From Clostridia bacterium (GTDB taxonomy: Bacteria > Bacillota > Clostridia > UBA1212), in contig JAGDAX010000163.1 in the NCBI GenBank assembly GCA_017848335.1, forward strand, positions 1 through 57,549: a DNA stretch of 57,549 nucleotides, given 5' to 3'. The notes below the pieces were generated by a model. That model saw only the letters and a program-made list of their open reading frames with translations, was not told the DNA's origin and ran no database searches. The translations under genes were made by a program, and so were the position numbers. Below, one piece after another: positions 47,941 through 57,443 of this stretch (the stretch's first letter is position 1; each line of letters opens with the position of its first letter).

Positions 47941-49743
47941 ATGAACCAATTTCAAAACAATTCTTTTATTCAAATCAATCCATTACTGTATTTTATCAAC
48001 GAACCGGCTTTAGTCGGATGGATATACGAAAGATTCGTTAACATACTGATGTACGACGGAATTGTGGATTATGTGGATAACGTCAATTATTCCGGTCTTT
48101 TTCTTCATGTCAGGAGTTACGCATTAAACGAATTAGAAAATTTTGATAAAACAATAAACTACTCCGTGTCATTTGACCGGTTTGCGGTTCTATGGGTCGA
48201 TGAGTTCTTTATTCCTCAATCATACAGATATGGACAGAACCATTTTGTTCACCCATTGATTGTATATGATTATGATAAAGAAGCAGATAATTATGGTGTA
48301 ATCTTCTTCGATATTATGAAAGGGCAGGTTTTTATAAGCATATCCGCAGAAAAACTCAATGCTGCAGTATCCGGAGTAAAAGATTATTATATGATTGGCG
48401 GTAACATATCAGCTGTTGAAAAAACTCTTTCGGTATTTAGACCGTATTCGTGCCTGAAAGGAGACTTTCATCTTGATGTTTTCATTAGAAATCTATCATA
48501 CTACTTATATTGTACATACGATGCGGGGGCCGAATGGTATAACTTACAACGCAAGGAGCTTTTTCATAATCGTAATGTGATTTACGGTGTACAGATATAT
48601 ATGGCATTAATTAATGAATTGAAAATGCCCGAGTGCAGAATCAATTATAAAACCATTCATGATTTCGTAAATCACAAAAGATTTCTTTACGAAAAGCTGT
48701 TATATATTGAAAACGAATATAATGTGAGCCAGACATTGAAACGCTTGATAGAACGGTTCTGCAAACATGCGGAAGAGTTAGAACGAATCAGATTGCTGAA
48801 CATGAAATATCAGATAAAAAACAGCAATTTCCCAGCATCATTATGTTTTGATCCTGATTTCAAATCGAAATTGATATGCGTATTGGCGCGCGGATACGAT
48901 ACGGAGCTTGAAATTATACCGAAAATTCTGTGTGAATTGCGTCTCTTAACGTACACAAAAAGCTTTTTGGCGAATCACCATATTGTACAGCGTAACGTTT
49001 CACTGCATAAGTTCAGAGAAGAATACTGTGTCGAGCGATTCTTATTTGATAAACCACTGTATTCAAGCAGAATAGATATCGTGAGGGAAATCGAAAAAGC
49101 TATTACCGGAGAGAACACTGTCATCATAAATGGAGAATACAGATATTCAGTCAATAAGGCTATTGTGAATCACGGTCGTGTTCATTCTGTAAACATACCC
49201 GTGACGCCGATTTATAAAATAGAATGCATATCATCTGAAATGATAGATTACACGCTGAATATTATTTGTCTGCCGGGACAGGATACATCAAAACCGACAT
49301 TTGAACCGGAACTTTTGCGCGAGTATGACGGAACAAATCAAATGGCTATACTTGGCGATGTTAACGACGCTGTACGATTTCAGTTTTTGGGAAATGATCC
49401 ATATGTATTCAAAACCGGGTTTGCTATAGCCGCATCTGTCTACAGATACTTACGTATTGATATGAAAACTGCCGATATATGCGGAAAAGCTCAGGTGTTT
49501 TTTTCAGAAGTCGGCAGAGAAATATGGTCAGTGAAACGTATGGTTGAGTTTGACATTATCCCGGATGGAAAATTTCATACATATATCGTAGATATGGCCC
49601 GAAACGAGAACTGGGCCGGTTTTATAGGCGGTATTCGACTTGATCCCGCTCATTACGATTCATCATACGTGTGGAGTGAGAATTTGTCCGGCGAATGTAC
49701 TATAAGCAGTTTTACCTTTTGTTCTGCATGTGAAGGTCTATGA
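47941..49743 (+). CDS. Hypothetical protein with a BtrH/papain-like N-terminal region and a C-terminal carbohydrate-binding-like domain
   Basis: VDEFFIP...HFVHPLIVYDYD resembles BtrH_N/C39-like folds. C-terminus DPYV...YLRIDMK...AQVFF...DGKFHTYIVDM...W.G...IRLDP. Confidence 0.55.
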   Translation: MNQFQNNSFIQINPLLYFINEPALVGWIYERFVNILMYDGIVDYVDNVNYSGLFLHVRSYALNELENFDKTINYSVSFDRFAVLWVDEFFIPQSYRYGQNHFVHPLIVYDYDKEADNYGVIFFDIMKGQVFISISAEKLNAAVSGVKDYYMIGGNISAVEKTLSVFRPYSCLKGDFHLDVFIRNLSYYLYCTYDAGAEWYNLQRKELFHNRNVIYGVQIYMALINELKMPECRINYKTIHDFVNHKRFLYEKLLYIENEYNVSQTLKRLIERFCKHAEELERIRLLNMKYQIKNSNFPASLCFDPDFKSKLICVLARGYDTELEIIPKILCELRLLTYTKSFLANHHIVQRNVSLHKFREEYCVERFLFDKPLYSSRIDIVREIEKAITGENTVIINGEYRYSVNKAIVNHGRVHSVNIPVTPIYKIECISSEMIDYTLNIICLPGQDTSKPTFEPELLREYDGTNQMAILGDVNDAVRFQFLGNDPYVFKTGFAIAASVYRYLRIDMKTADICGKAQVFFSEVGREIWSVKRMVEFDIIPDGKFHTYIVDMARNENWAGFIGGIRLDPAHYDSSYVWSENLSGECTISSFTFCSACEGL

Positions 49744-50465
49744 GAACTGCATGTAAAACCAGCATGGCAACTGTTCCAGATTAATTCAGGCGGATATTAT
49801 TTGGATGTGATCTTCCCAGATAATTTACACGCAATATTCCAAGAGAAGAACAATTCCGACGTTTTACACCGGGACGTTGTCAATCTATTTGACTTCAGCG
49901 CCGGTCAGTTCATCGGCAAGGCGTTGCCCGTATGCAATCGGACCGTCTATGCCCTTTGCTTCTTAAGCGGAAACGCAGCCGGGACTCTTGAAGGAGCAGT
50001 TTCTTTCACTTTCTCCGGGGGATATATTTTTACTCGTAAAGCTGAAGATAAAGCCCCTTTTTAGACAGTGAAGTATTCTTTAGATATGACGTTTTGAGGC
50101 ATCTCTATTATCAAATAAAGGAACCTTCGGCTCATCGGGCTTTCATACGTCTGATAGCTTATTTATGATACCTCATTTTAGTTGACTTGCTAATTCGCAG
50201 GCCCGCATCGCGGGTGTACAATGGCAAGCGATGGCACGGTACAGTTTTGAGCAGCAAAGGGGTTCAATCCAGAACGGTCGAGGGATCCAACGTAACCGAT
50301 ATATTCAAAGAGATTGAAATTCCGATTCAAAGAGTGTATCATACACTTGCGGATTGCGCGTTATCGCGCTCTTGCTTTATTTAAAATCAAAATAAAGGCT
50401 TTTTGAGGTACGTGGGTACGTGGGCCTGTTAGGCCGCGCAGGGAGCGGCGGAGGATCCGCACTCT

Positions 50466-50542
50466 CAAAAGCAGCCGTACGCACCGCTCAGGCTTCCCGC
50501 GCACAAAAGCAGCCGTACGCACCGCTCAGGCTTCCTGCGCAC
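50466..50542. repeat. 38-bp tandem duplication upstream of metG
   Basis: CAAAAGCAGCCGTACGCACCGCTCAGGCTTCC.GCGCAC x2. Confidence 0.8.
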
Positions 50543-50705
50543 ACGATGCAACGGGGCAAAGAAGCGACAGAGCAAACAAGGCCGCAAAGCAGCGAAGCGA
50601 CGCAGCCGGAAAGCGACAGAGCACGCGACGCAGCAACGCAACCACACAAAAAGCACAACACCGACAAACCGGCAAGGCGGCAAGGCGGCCGCTTCGGAGG
50701 ATACA

Positions 50706-52826
50706 ATGGCAGAACAAACGAAAACCTACTATATTTCCACGCCCATTTACTACCCCAGCGACAAGCTGCACATCGGGCACTCCTACACCACGGTGGCGGC
50801 GGACTGCATGGCCAGGTACAAGAGGCTTCGCGGGTACGACGTGATGTTCCTTACCGGGACGGACGAGCACGGCCAGAAGATCGAGCGCCGCGCGGAAGCC
50901 AAGGGCGTGACGCCCCAGCAGTACGTGGATGATATTGTCGCGGGCATCAAGGACCTCTGGTCCATTATGGACATTTCCTACGACAAGTTTATACGCACCA
51001 CCGACGACTACCACGTGGCCGGCGTGCAGAAGATATTCAAGGACCTTTACGACAAGGGCGAGATCTACAAGGGCCACTACGAGGGCTACTATTGCACGCC
51101 CTGCGAGTCCTTCTGGACCAAAACGCAGCTGAAGGACGGCGGACGCTGCCCGGATTGCGGCGGCGAGACACAGCTTGCCCGCGAAGAGTGCTACTTTTTC
51201 AGGCTCTCCAAGTACAGCCGCGTTCTCATCGACTATTTCAACGACCACCCGGAGTTCATTAACCCGCCGGCCCGCAAGAATGAAATGATCGCAAACTTCC
51301 TCGAGAAGGGCCTTGAGGACCTGTGCGTGTCGCGCTCCAGCTTTAAGTGGGGCATTCCCGTGACCTTCGACCCGGGCCACGTGGTCTACGTGTGGGTGGA
51401 CGCCCTCTCCAACTATATTACCGCGCTGGGCTACGGCGGCGGCGACCTGTCGCTTTACAATAAATTCTGGCCCTGCGACCTGCACCTGGTGGGCAAGGAG
51501 ATCGTGCGCTTCCATACGATCATCTGGCCGGCCATTCTGATGGCCCTGGGGCTGCCGCTTCCCAAGAGCGTGTACGGCCACGGCTGGCTGCTCCTTAACG
51601 GCGACAAGATGTCCAAATCCAAGGGCAACGTGGTGGATCCCGTGGTGCTGGTGGAGCGCTACTCCTCCGACGCCATCCGCTACTTCCTGCTCCGCGAAGT
51701 GCCCTTCGGCTCCGACGGCAGCTTTACGCCGGAGTCGCTGCTTTCGCGCATCAATTCCGACCTGGCCAACGACCTGGGCAACCTGGTTTCGCGCACGGTC
51801 AGCATGCAGCTGAAGTACTTTGAGGGCGTCGCCGCGGAGGCTTCCGAAAGGCAGAGCGCGCCCATCGACGACGAGATCAGGGAGCTCTTCAGCGGGCTCA
51901 AGACAAGGGTGGAAAACGAGATCGAAGCCCTGCAGTTCCCGGTGGCATTGACCGAGATCTGGAAGTGCGTTTCGAGGCTCAACAAGTACATCGACGAGAC
52001 CGCGCCCTGGGCGCTGGCCAAGGATCCCGCGGCGCTTCCGAGGCTTCGCGAGGTGCTTTACGTGCTTCTTGAGGGCATTCGCGTCATCGCGGTGCTGCTG
52101 ACGCCCTTCATGCCAAGGACTCCCGGCGAGATCTTCAGACAGCTGGGCCTTGCCGAAGGCATTGACGGCGGCGAAGTCACCTGCTGGGATTCGGCGGCAG
52201 AATTCGGCCTGTATCCCGCCGGTACGGTCTGCCAAAAGGGCGGCGTGCTGTTCCCGCGGCTTGACGTGGCGAAGGAGCTTGACGCGCTCGAAGAGATAAA
52301 GCAGAAGGCGCTGGGCGCTGCAGGTAATGCAGGCTCCGCTTCGGATGGCGCTGCAGGTTCGGGCGCGAGCAGCGACGCCGCCGGGAACAGGGCTTCGGCT
52401 TCGACACAACCTTCGGCTGAGGGCAAAGCATCCGCTGAGGGCAAAGCATCCGCTGACGGCAAAGCTGCGGCCGGGAGCAAGGCTGCTGATGCGCTTCCCG
52501 AGGGCCTCATCACGATCGACGATTTTGCCAAAATGAAGCTTGTCGTGGCAAAGGTGCTGTCCGCCGAAGCGGTGGAAGGCTCCTCCAAGCTTCTCAAAAT
52601 CATGCTCGATACGGGCAGCGGCACCAGACAGGTGGTCTCAGGCATCGCCAAGGCCTATGCGCCGGCTGACCTTACCGGCAGGAACGTGATCTTCATCGCA
52701 AATCTTGTGCCCGCCAAGCTTCGCGGCGTCCTCTCCGAGGGCATGCTGCTGGCGGCAGCCTCCGGGGACGAGCTCAGGCTTCTCACCGTCGACGGCGACC
52801 TTCCCGCGGGAAGCGCTGTGTCGTGA
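50706..52826 (+). CDS. metG: Methionine--tRNA ligase with C-terminal tRNA-binding domain
   Basis: HIGH and KMSKS motifs, TGTDEHGQKI, Zn knuckle CTPC...CPDC and C-terminal OB domain (RQVVSGI, SEGMLL). GGAGG RBS. Confidence 0.97.
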   Translation: MAEQTKTYYISTPIYYPSDKLHIGHSYTTVAADCMARYKRLRGYDVMFLTGTDEHGQKIERRAEAKGVTPQQYVDDIVAGIKDLWSIMDISYDKFIRTTDDYHVAGVQKIFKDLYDKGEIYKGHYEGYYCTPCESFWTKTQLKDGGRCPDCGGETQLAREECYFFRLSKYSRVLIDYFNDHPEFINPPARKNEMIANFLEKGLEDLCVSRSSFKWGIPVTFDPGHVVYVWVDALSNYITALGYGGGDLSLYNKFWPCDLHLVGKEIVRFHTIIWPAILMALGLPLPKSVYGHGWLLLNGDKMSKSKGNVVDPVVLVERYSSDAIRYFLLREVPFGSDGSFTPESLLSRINSDLANDLGNLVSRTVSMQLKYFEGVAAEASERQSAPIDDEIRELFSGLKTRVENEIEALQFPVALTEIWKCVSRLNKYIDETAPWALAKDPAALPRLREVLYVLLEGIRVIAVLLTPFMPRTPGEIFRQLGLAEGIDGGEVTCWDSAAEFGLYPAGTVCQKGGVLFPRLDVAKELDALEEIKQKALGAAGNAGSASDGAAGSGASSDAAGNRASASTQPSAEGKASAEGKASADGKAAAGSKAADALPEGLITIDDFAKMKLVVAKVLSAEAVEGSSKLLKIMLDTGSGTRQVVSGIAKAYAPADLTGRNVIFIANLVPAKLRGVLSEGMLLAAASGDELRLLTVDGDLPAGSAVS

Positions 52827-52876
52827 AGGAGCCCGGCCGCAGGCTCGCAAAGAACGTCCGCGGCCCCGACGAATTC

Positions 52877-52967
52877 CCGGGCTTTGGAGGAATTCCATTC
52901 CCGGGCCCCACGGAATCGCATTTTCGGGCCCACGGAATCGGGCTTTGGAGGAATTCCGTTCCCGGGC
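52877..52967. repeat. ~30-bp direct repeat x2 between metG and the LicD gene
   Basis: CGGGCTTTGGAGGAATTCC.TTCCCGGGC x2, also GGGCCC(C)ACGGAATCG x2. Confidence 0.7.
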
Positions 52968-53074
52968 ATAAAACACTTGAGCGATATCGCACTAAAAGCG
53001 CCTGCAGGCATTTACAAAAGACCTTTACCGAAGAGACTTATTTTGGATAAACTAAAGAAAAAGACAGGACGATT

Positions 53075-54043
53075 ATGAAAAACGATACAACCGAGCTTCG
53101 GGCTTCCGGCGAGACGACCGCACCGGTCTGGGATCCCGAGCTTCTGAAAGGCATCCACTACGCGCAGGAGCAGCTGCTTCTCGAGGTGGACCGGATCTGC
53201 AAAAAGCACAATATCACCTATTTTCTGTGGGCAGGCACCCTTCTGGGCGCGGTTCGGCACGGCGATTTCATACCCTGGGACGACGATGTTGACGTGGCCA
53301 TGAAGCGCGACGATTTTGAGACATTCCTCCGCGTCGCGCCGAAGGAGCTTCTGCCCGCTTTTCAGTTGGTGATGCCCGGCGAGGACGACCGCTTCTTCGA
53401 CATGATCCCCAAGGTCAACTACGTGGCCAGCAAGCTGCGGCAAAACGACCCCGACGACGAATTCTACCGCGGCAAGCACAACAAGGTATCCCTCGACGTG
53501 TTCTGCCTTGACGCGCCAATGAGCGGCCTTCGCTTCAAGACGCAGATCCTGGCCCTCAAGCGCCACTACGGCCACGCCATGGGCCACCGCAGGACGCTGG
53601 ACTTCTCGAAATATCCGGTCTGGCAAAGGCCCTTCATCAGGATGTTCGCCAAGGCCGGCCGCCGCCTGAGCATGGCCGGGATCCTGGAGGCTCAGCGTGC
53701 CGAGTCCGTGAAGGCATCCGCCCGCAAAGCGGCTTCCCCGGGCAGCGCGCCCGACAAGACTTCCCGCAAGGCCCGCGGCGAGAGCCCTTATTACTGCGTA
53801 TTCAACGAGCGCATCTTCTTCATCTACCCGCGCTTCAAGAAGGAATGGTTCGACCGGACCGAGGAATACTCTATCAGGGGCCACAAGTTCACGTCAATGT
53901 GCAGCGCGGACGACTACCTGCGCTTCGTGTACGGCGACTACATGACGCTGCCGCCCGAAAAGGACAGGGTGCCTTCGCACGCGGCGTATCTGCCGGAGGT
54001 CGAGGTGTACGATCTGGAGGGGAACCTGCTGCGGGAGGTGTGA
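53075..54043 (+). CDS. licD: LicD family phosphotransferase
   Basis: YFLWAGTLLGAVRHGDFIPWDDDVDVAM, SLDVF and YGDYMTLPP motifs. Confidence 0.9.
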   Translation: MKNDTTELRASGETTAPVWDPELLKGIHYAQEQLLLEVDRICKKHNITYFLWAGTLLGAVRHGDFIPWDDDVDVAMKRDDFETFLRVAPKELLPAFQLVMPGEDDRFFDMIPKVNYVASKLRQNDPDDEFYRGKHNKVSLDVFCLDAPMSGLRFKTQILALKRHYGHAMGHRRTLDFSKYPVWQRPFIRMFAKAGRRLSMAGILEAQRAESVKASARKAASPGSAPDKTSRKARGESPYYCVFNERIFFIYPRFKKEWFDRTEEYSIRGHKFTSMCSADDYLRFVYGDYMTLPPEKDRVPSHAAYLPEVEVYDLEGNLLREV

Positions 54044-54131
54044 GGGGTTCCAAGCGCCGGGTGCCTCTTGCCGCTAGCCTTACAGCTGCTCTAAGCATCT
54101 ACCCAATCTGACAAACTAAGGAGACGACCTT

Positions 54132-55754
54132 TTGAAAAAGAAACCTTCCGGGACCAAACTCAATAGCGACACGGCCTTGCCGGGCAGCGCGGCCCGGCAG
54201 GGCAAAAAGCCCCGCTTCAAGGAATTTTTCTACATTTCCTTCTGTCTGTTTATTGCCTTTTTCCTGCTGACCGTCTACGTCACAGGGGGAAGCAGTCTGA
54301 AGGCGGCGCTCTTCTCGGACACGTCGGACACGTTCATGGACCACTATAACAGCGTGGTTTACAACGGTGTTGACGATCCATACGAGATATTGGTGGTCTA
54401 CCCGCCGCTGGCGTCGCTGCTTTACAAGCTCTGCAATATGATCATTCCCGGGGACGATTACCGGACGCTGGTGACGGACCCGTCGATACTGGCGCAGGAG
54501 CGGGCCATCAAGGTGGGCCAGTCCTTCGTGTTCCAGTTCATACTTTACGCGGTTTTTTCCATCATCATTTACGTGGCGGCGGTGTCGCTGCTCAAGAAGG
54601 GATCCGGCACCGAGAAGCTGTTCTTCGTGCTGGTGACGGTGTTTTCGTCGCCCTTCCTGTATATGGCGGACCGCGGCAACAACGTGCTGCTGCCTGTGGC
54701 ATTCTCGATCTTCTTCCTGATCTTCTTTGACCACAAGAGCAAGCTGCTGCGGGAGCTGGCGCTCATTTCGCTGGCGGTGGCCATCGGGCTCAAGATCTAC
54801 CCGGCGGCGTTCCTGGTGCTCTTCATCGCCAGGCGCAAATACAAGGAGCTTTTGAGGGAGCTCGGCTACGTTTTCGTCACGCTGATACTGCCCTTCTTCA
54901 TATTCTACAACGGATTTTCCAGCATGAAGCTGATGCTGCACAACCTGCTGGGCTTCGACGCAAAGCGGACCACCGAGGACAACATCGGCGGCCAGCTGGA
55001 CTTTAAGCGGATGTTTTTCTTCCTCTACGGCGGCCTGAGGCGCTACACGGGCATCACCATATCCGACAATATGCGCGAGCTCTACGCCACGCTGTGCAGG
55101 TTCGGCATGTCTGCGGTCTGCGGCCTGGGGGCGCTCTTCTCCAAGAAGCTCTGGAAGCAGACGCTGCTGCTTTCGGCGGTGATCTACGGCTTCCCGGGGT
55201 CGGCGTCCACGTACATTCTGCTGTTTTTGGTCATTCCGACGGCGCTCTTTTTGGACACCGAGAAGAAGGCCAGCCTCAAAAATTACGCGTACCTCGCCCT
55301 CATGGTGCTGGCGCAGATCCCGGTGATACTCCGCAGCAACGGCGAATTCAGCCGCTACTGGCCCACCAAGGTCTCCAGCCTGGCGATCGCGGGCATTGTG
55401 TTACTGGCGTTCCTCGAGATGATCTCGGCCTTCGCGGCCTGGAACGAGGCGCGGCGGCGCGACGGCAAGCCGCTTTTCCGCACGGCCCGGGAGACGGTGC
55501 GCGAGTACGTGAAATATATGCTGAAAACAGGCGAAAAGGGCGCTGTCCGCGAAGCTGAGCAGCTGACTCTTTTTGACGTGGCGGCCACCCCGGAATATTT
55601 TCCAACCGCGGCCGGAGCGGAAAATCCCCCGGCACCGGCATCGGTTTCTGCACCGGAACAGGCTCCGGCACCGGCACAGGCACCGGCACAGGACGCTCTT
55701 ATCGCGCAAGACCCGGACGGCGATCCCGCAGCAAAGGAGGGCGGCGAGTCATGA
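54132..55754 (+). CDS. GT87/DUF2029-like membrane glycosyltransferase
   Basis: DTFMDHYNS, VYPPL, DRGNN and AIGLKIYPA motifs in a polytopic membrane protein. Confidence 0.75.
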   Translation: MKKKPSGTKLNSDTALPGSAARQGKKPRFKEFFYISFCLFIAFFLLTVYVTGGSSLKAALFSDTSDTFMDHYNSVVYNGVDDPYEILVVYPPLASLLYKLCNMIIPGDDYRTLVTDPSILAQERAIKVGQSFVFQFILYAVFSIIIYVAAVSLLKKGSGTEKLFFVLVTVFSSPFLYMADRGNNVLLPVAFSIFFLIFFDHKSKLLRELALISLAVAIGLKIYPAAFLVLFIARRKYKELLRELGYVFVTLILPFFIFYNGFSSMKLMLHNLLGFDAKRTTEDNIGGQLDFKRMFFFLYGGLRRYTGITISDNMRELYATLCRFGMSAVCGLGALFSKKLWKQTLLLSAVIYGFPGSASTYILLFLVIPTALFLDTEKKASLKNYAYLALMVLAQIPVILRSNGEFSRYWPTKVSSLAIAGIVLLAFLEMISAFAAWNEARRRDGKPLFRTARETVREYVKYMLKTGEKGAVREAEQLTLFDVAATPEYFPTAAGAENPPAPASVSAPEQAPAPAQAPAQDALIAQDPDGDPAAKEGGES

Positions 55755-57238
55755 AAACCAGCGTAACCCCCCTCAGATCCGACAGGGACAAAACCTATTA
55801 CAAAACCGTTTTCTACTTCATCTCCGGTGTGTTCGCGGCGTCCTTCTTCATACTGCTTCTGACGACTGGCGGCTACGCGGCGAGGGGCATCCTTTTCGCG
55901 TCCAGAGAGCAGACGTTTATGGACTTCTTCAACAGCCTGCTGTCCACCTCCAAGAACCCCTACGAGAACTACTCCTTCTACCCGCCCTTCGCCATGCTTT
56001 GCTACAAGCTGCTGCTTTACATGGTGCCCGGCAAGGTCCTCGACAGGGTCATTGTGAGCCGCTCCGCCACCTCCTTCAGCCCCGACGCGAAGCTTTTCCA
56101 ACAGCTTTACTTCCCCTTCATACTGTACTCGCTGCTGACTGTCATCCTGTTGTTTTTTGCCTTAAAATCGGCAAAATCCGGCAAGACAGCCGAGCGCGTC
56201 GCCTTCATATTCCTGGCCTTCACCTCGGCGCCCATGCTCTTCATGCTCGAGCGCGCCAACAATATCATCATCCCGCTGTTCCTCCTGATCTACTTCGTGA
56301 AGCAAAAGGACAGCGAGCGGCGGCTGAACCGCGAATTGGCCCTGGCGGCCCTTGGCGTGGCGGCGGCCTTCAAGATCTACCCCATCCTGTTCTGCGCCCT
56401 CCTCCTGCACGAGAAGCGCATCAAGGACATCCTGAAGGTGGCGGCGTACTTCCTGGTCCTGTCGATCCCTCCGATATTCATCTTCTTCGGCGGCATCGGC
56501 AGCTTCCGCATGATCGTTGAAAACCTGGCGATCTACGGCGACAAGCACGGCCTTGCCATCGGCTCGCAGCTGAACTTCGCCAAGACGGTCATTTTCCCCT
56601 TCACGTACAGCACGGTCTCCAGCGACCTCCTGCTCCGCATCGGTCAGGCCTTCAAGGTCACCGTCACCCTGTTCGCCTCCGTCGGCGCGGTCTTTGCCCG
56701 CAAAGAATGGCAGCGCGCGGCCCTGGTCTGCTGCATCATTTACGGCTACCCTGCCGCCTGCAGCACCTACCTGCTGACGTTTTTCCTCATCCCGATAATG
56801 CTCCTCCTCGACACCGAGAAGGAAAACTCCCCCGTATCATACGCGTCCCTCGTCCTTATGACGCTGACGCAGATCCTGCTGGTGGTGCCGAACCCCTTGA
56901 CGGGCGCCTTCACCAGAGACGTGCCCACCAAGGTCACCAGCTACGCAATAATCCTCCTCACCGTTTTGCTCTCCGCGAAGGGCTGCCTTGACGCCGCCGA
57001 CGCCGCGGCGCAGCACCTCAAGGTCCGCAAGTCCGTCTGCATATTCGCGGAAATTCTTCTCACCGCAGGCGTGCTGGCCGTGGTGCTCCTGCTGGGCCGG
57101 TCAAGCGTCTTCGGGCTCGTGAAGATCCCCGGCCTCTCCGGCCTGCTCGTCAATCTCATCTTCTGCGGCGGCCTCCTGCTGGCGCTTGTAATCCTCGCGG
57201 CGATAAGGTATACTGTGGTGAGACGGAAGAAGCTATAG
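55751..57238 (+). CDS. GT87/DUF2029-like membrane glycosyltransferase (paralog)
   Basis: TFMDFFNS, FYPPF, ERANN and AAFKIYPI motifs. ATGA overlap with the previous gene. Confidence 0.75.
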   Translation: MKTSVTPLRSDRDKTYYKTVFYFISGVFAASFFILLLTTGGYAARGILFASREQTFMDFFNSLLSTSKNPYENYSFYPPFAMLCYKLLLYMVPGKVLDRVIVSRSATSFSPDAKLFQQLYFPFILYSLLTVILLFFALKSAKSGKTAERVAFIFLAFTSAPMLFMLERANNIIIPLFLLIYFVKQKDSERRLNRELALAALGVAAAFKIYPILFCALLLHEKRIKDILKVAAYFLVLSIPPIFIFFGGIGSFRMIVENLAIYGDKHGLAIGSQLNFAKTVIFPFTYSTVSSDLLLRIGQAFKVTVTLFASVGAVFARKEWQRAALVCCIIYGYPAACSTYLLTFFLIPIMLLLDTEKENSPVSYASLVLMTLTQILLVVPNPLTGAFTRDVPTKVTSYAIILLTVLLSAKGCLDAADAAAQHLKVRKSVCIFAEILLTAGVLAVVLLLGRSSVFGLVKIPGLSGLLVNLIFCGGLLLALVILAAIRYTVVRRKKL

Positions 57239-57443
57239 GCTAGAGGCTAGAGACTAGGTGGCCGGGGATCTCGGCAGCTGCTGAACGAAAAGGAACCCGC
57301 GTCTGCATTTTGAGACGCGAACGATTCACGCGAGAGCGTGCTCAGTGAGAGGCTCAATATGCTGCGCGGTGGCTATAGTCCGGAGATCTCGGCAGCTGCT
57401 GAACGAAGCAGTATGAACAACAAATCACAAAGGAGAAAACAAC

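Larger units (their letters stand above)
41220..50400. mobile_element. AT-rich horizontally acquired island between the WYL gene and metG (boundaries approximate)
   Basis: Abrupt switch from GC-rich to AT-rich codons just upstream of the WYL start, and back again before metG. No integrase or transposase seen. Confidence 0.6.

Noticed and set aside
49801-50384. ORFs 49801..50064 and 50187..50384
   Set aside because: No RBS or motifs. The region looks like decayed island DNA.
50400-50705. T-box or SAM riboswitch upstream of metG
   Set aside because: No AAGGTGGNACCGCG T-box sequence or S-box core is visible. The region consists of tandem duplications.
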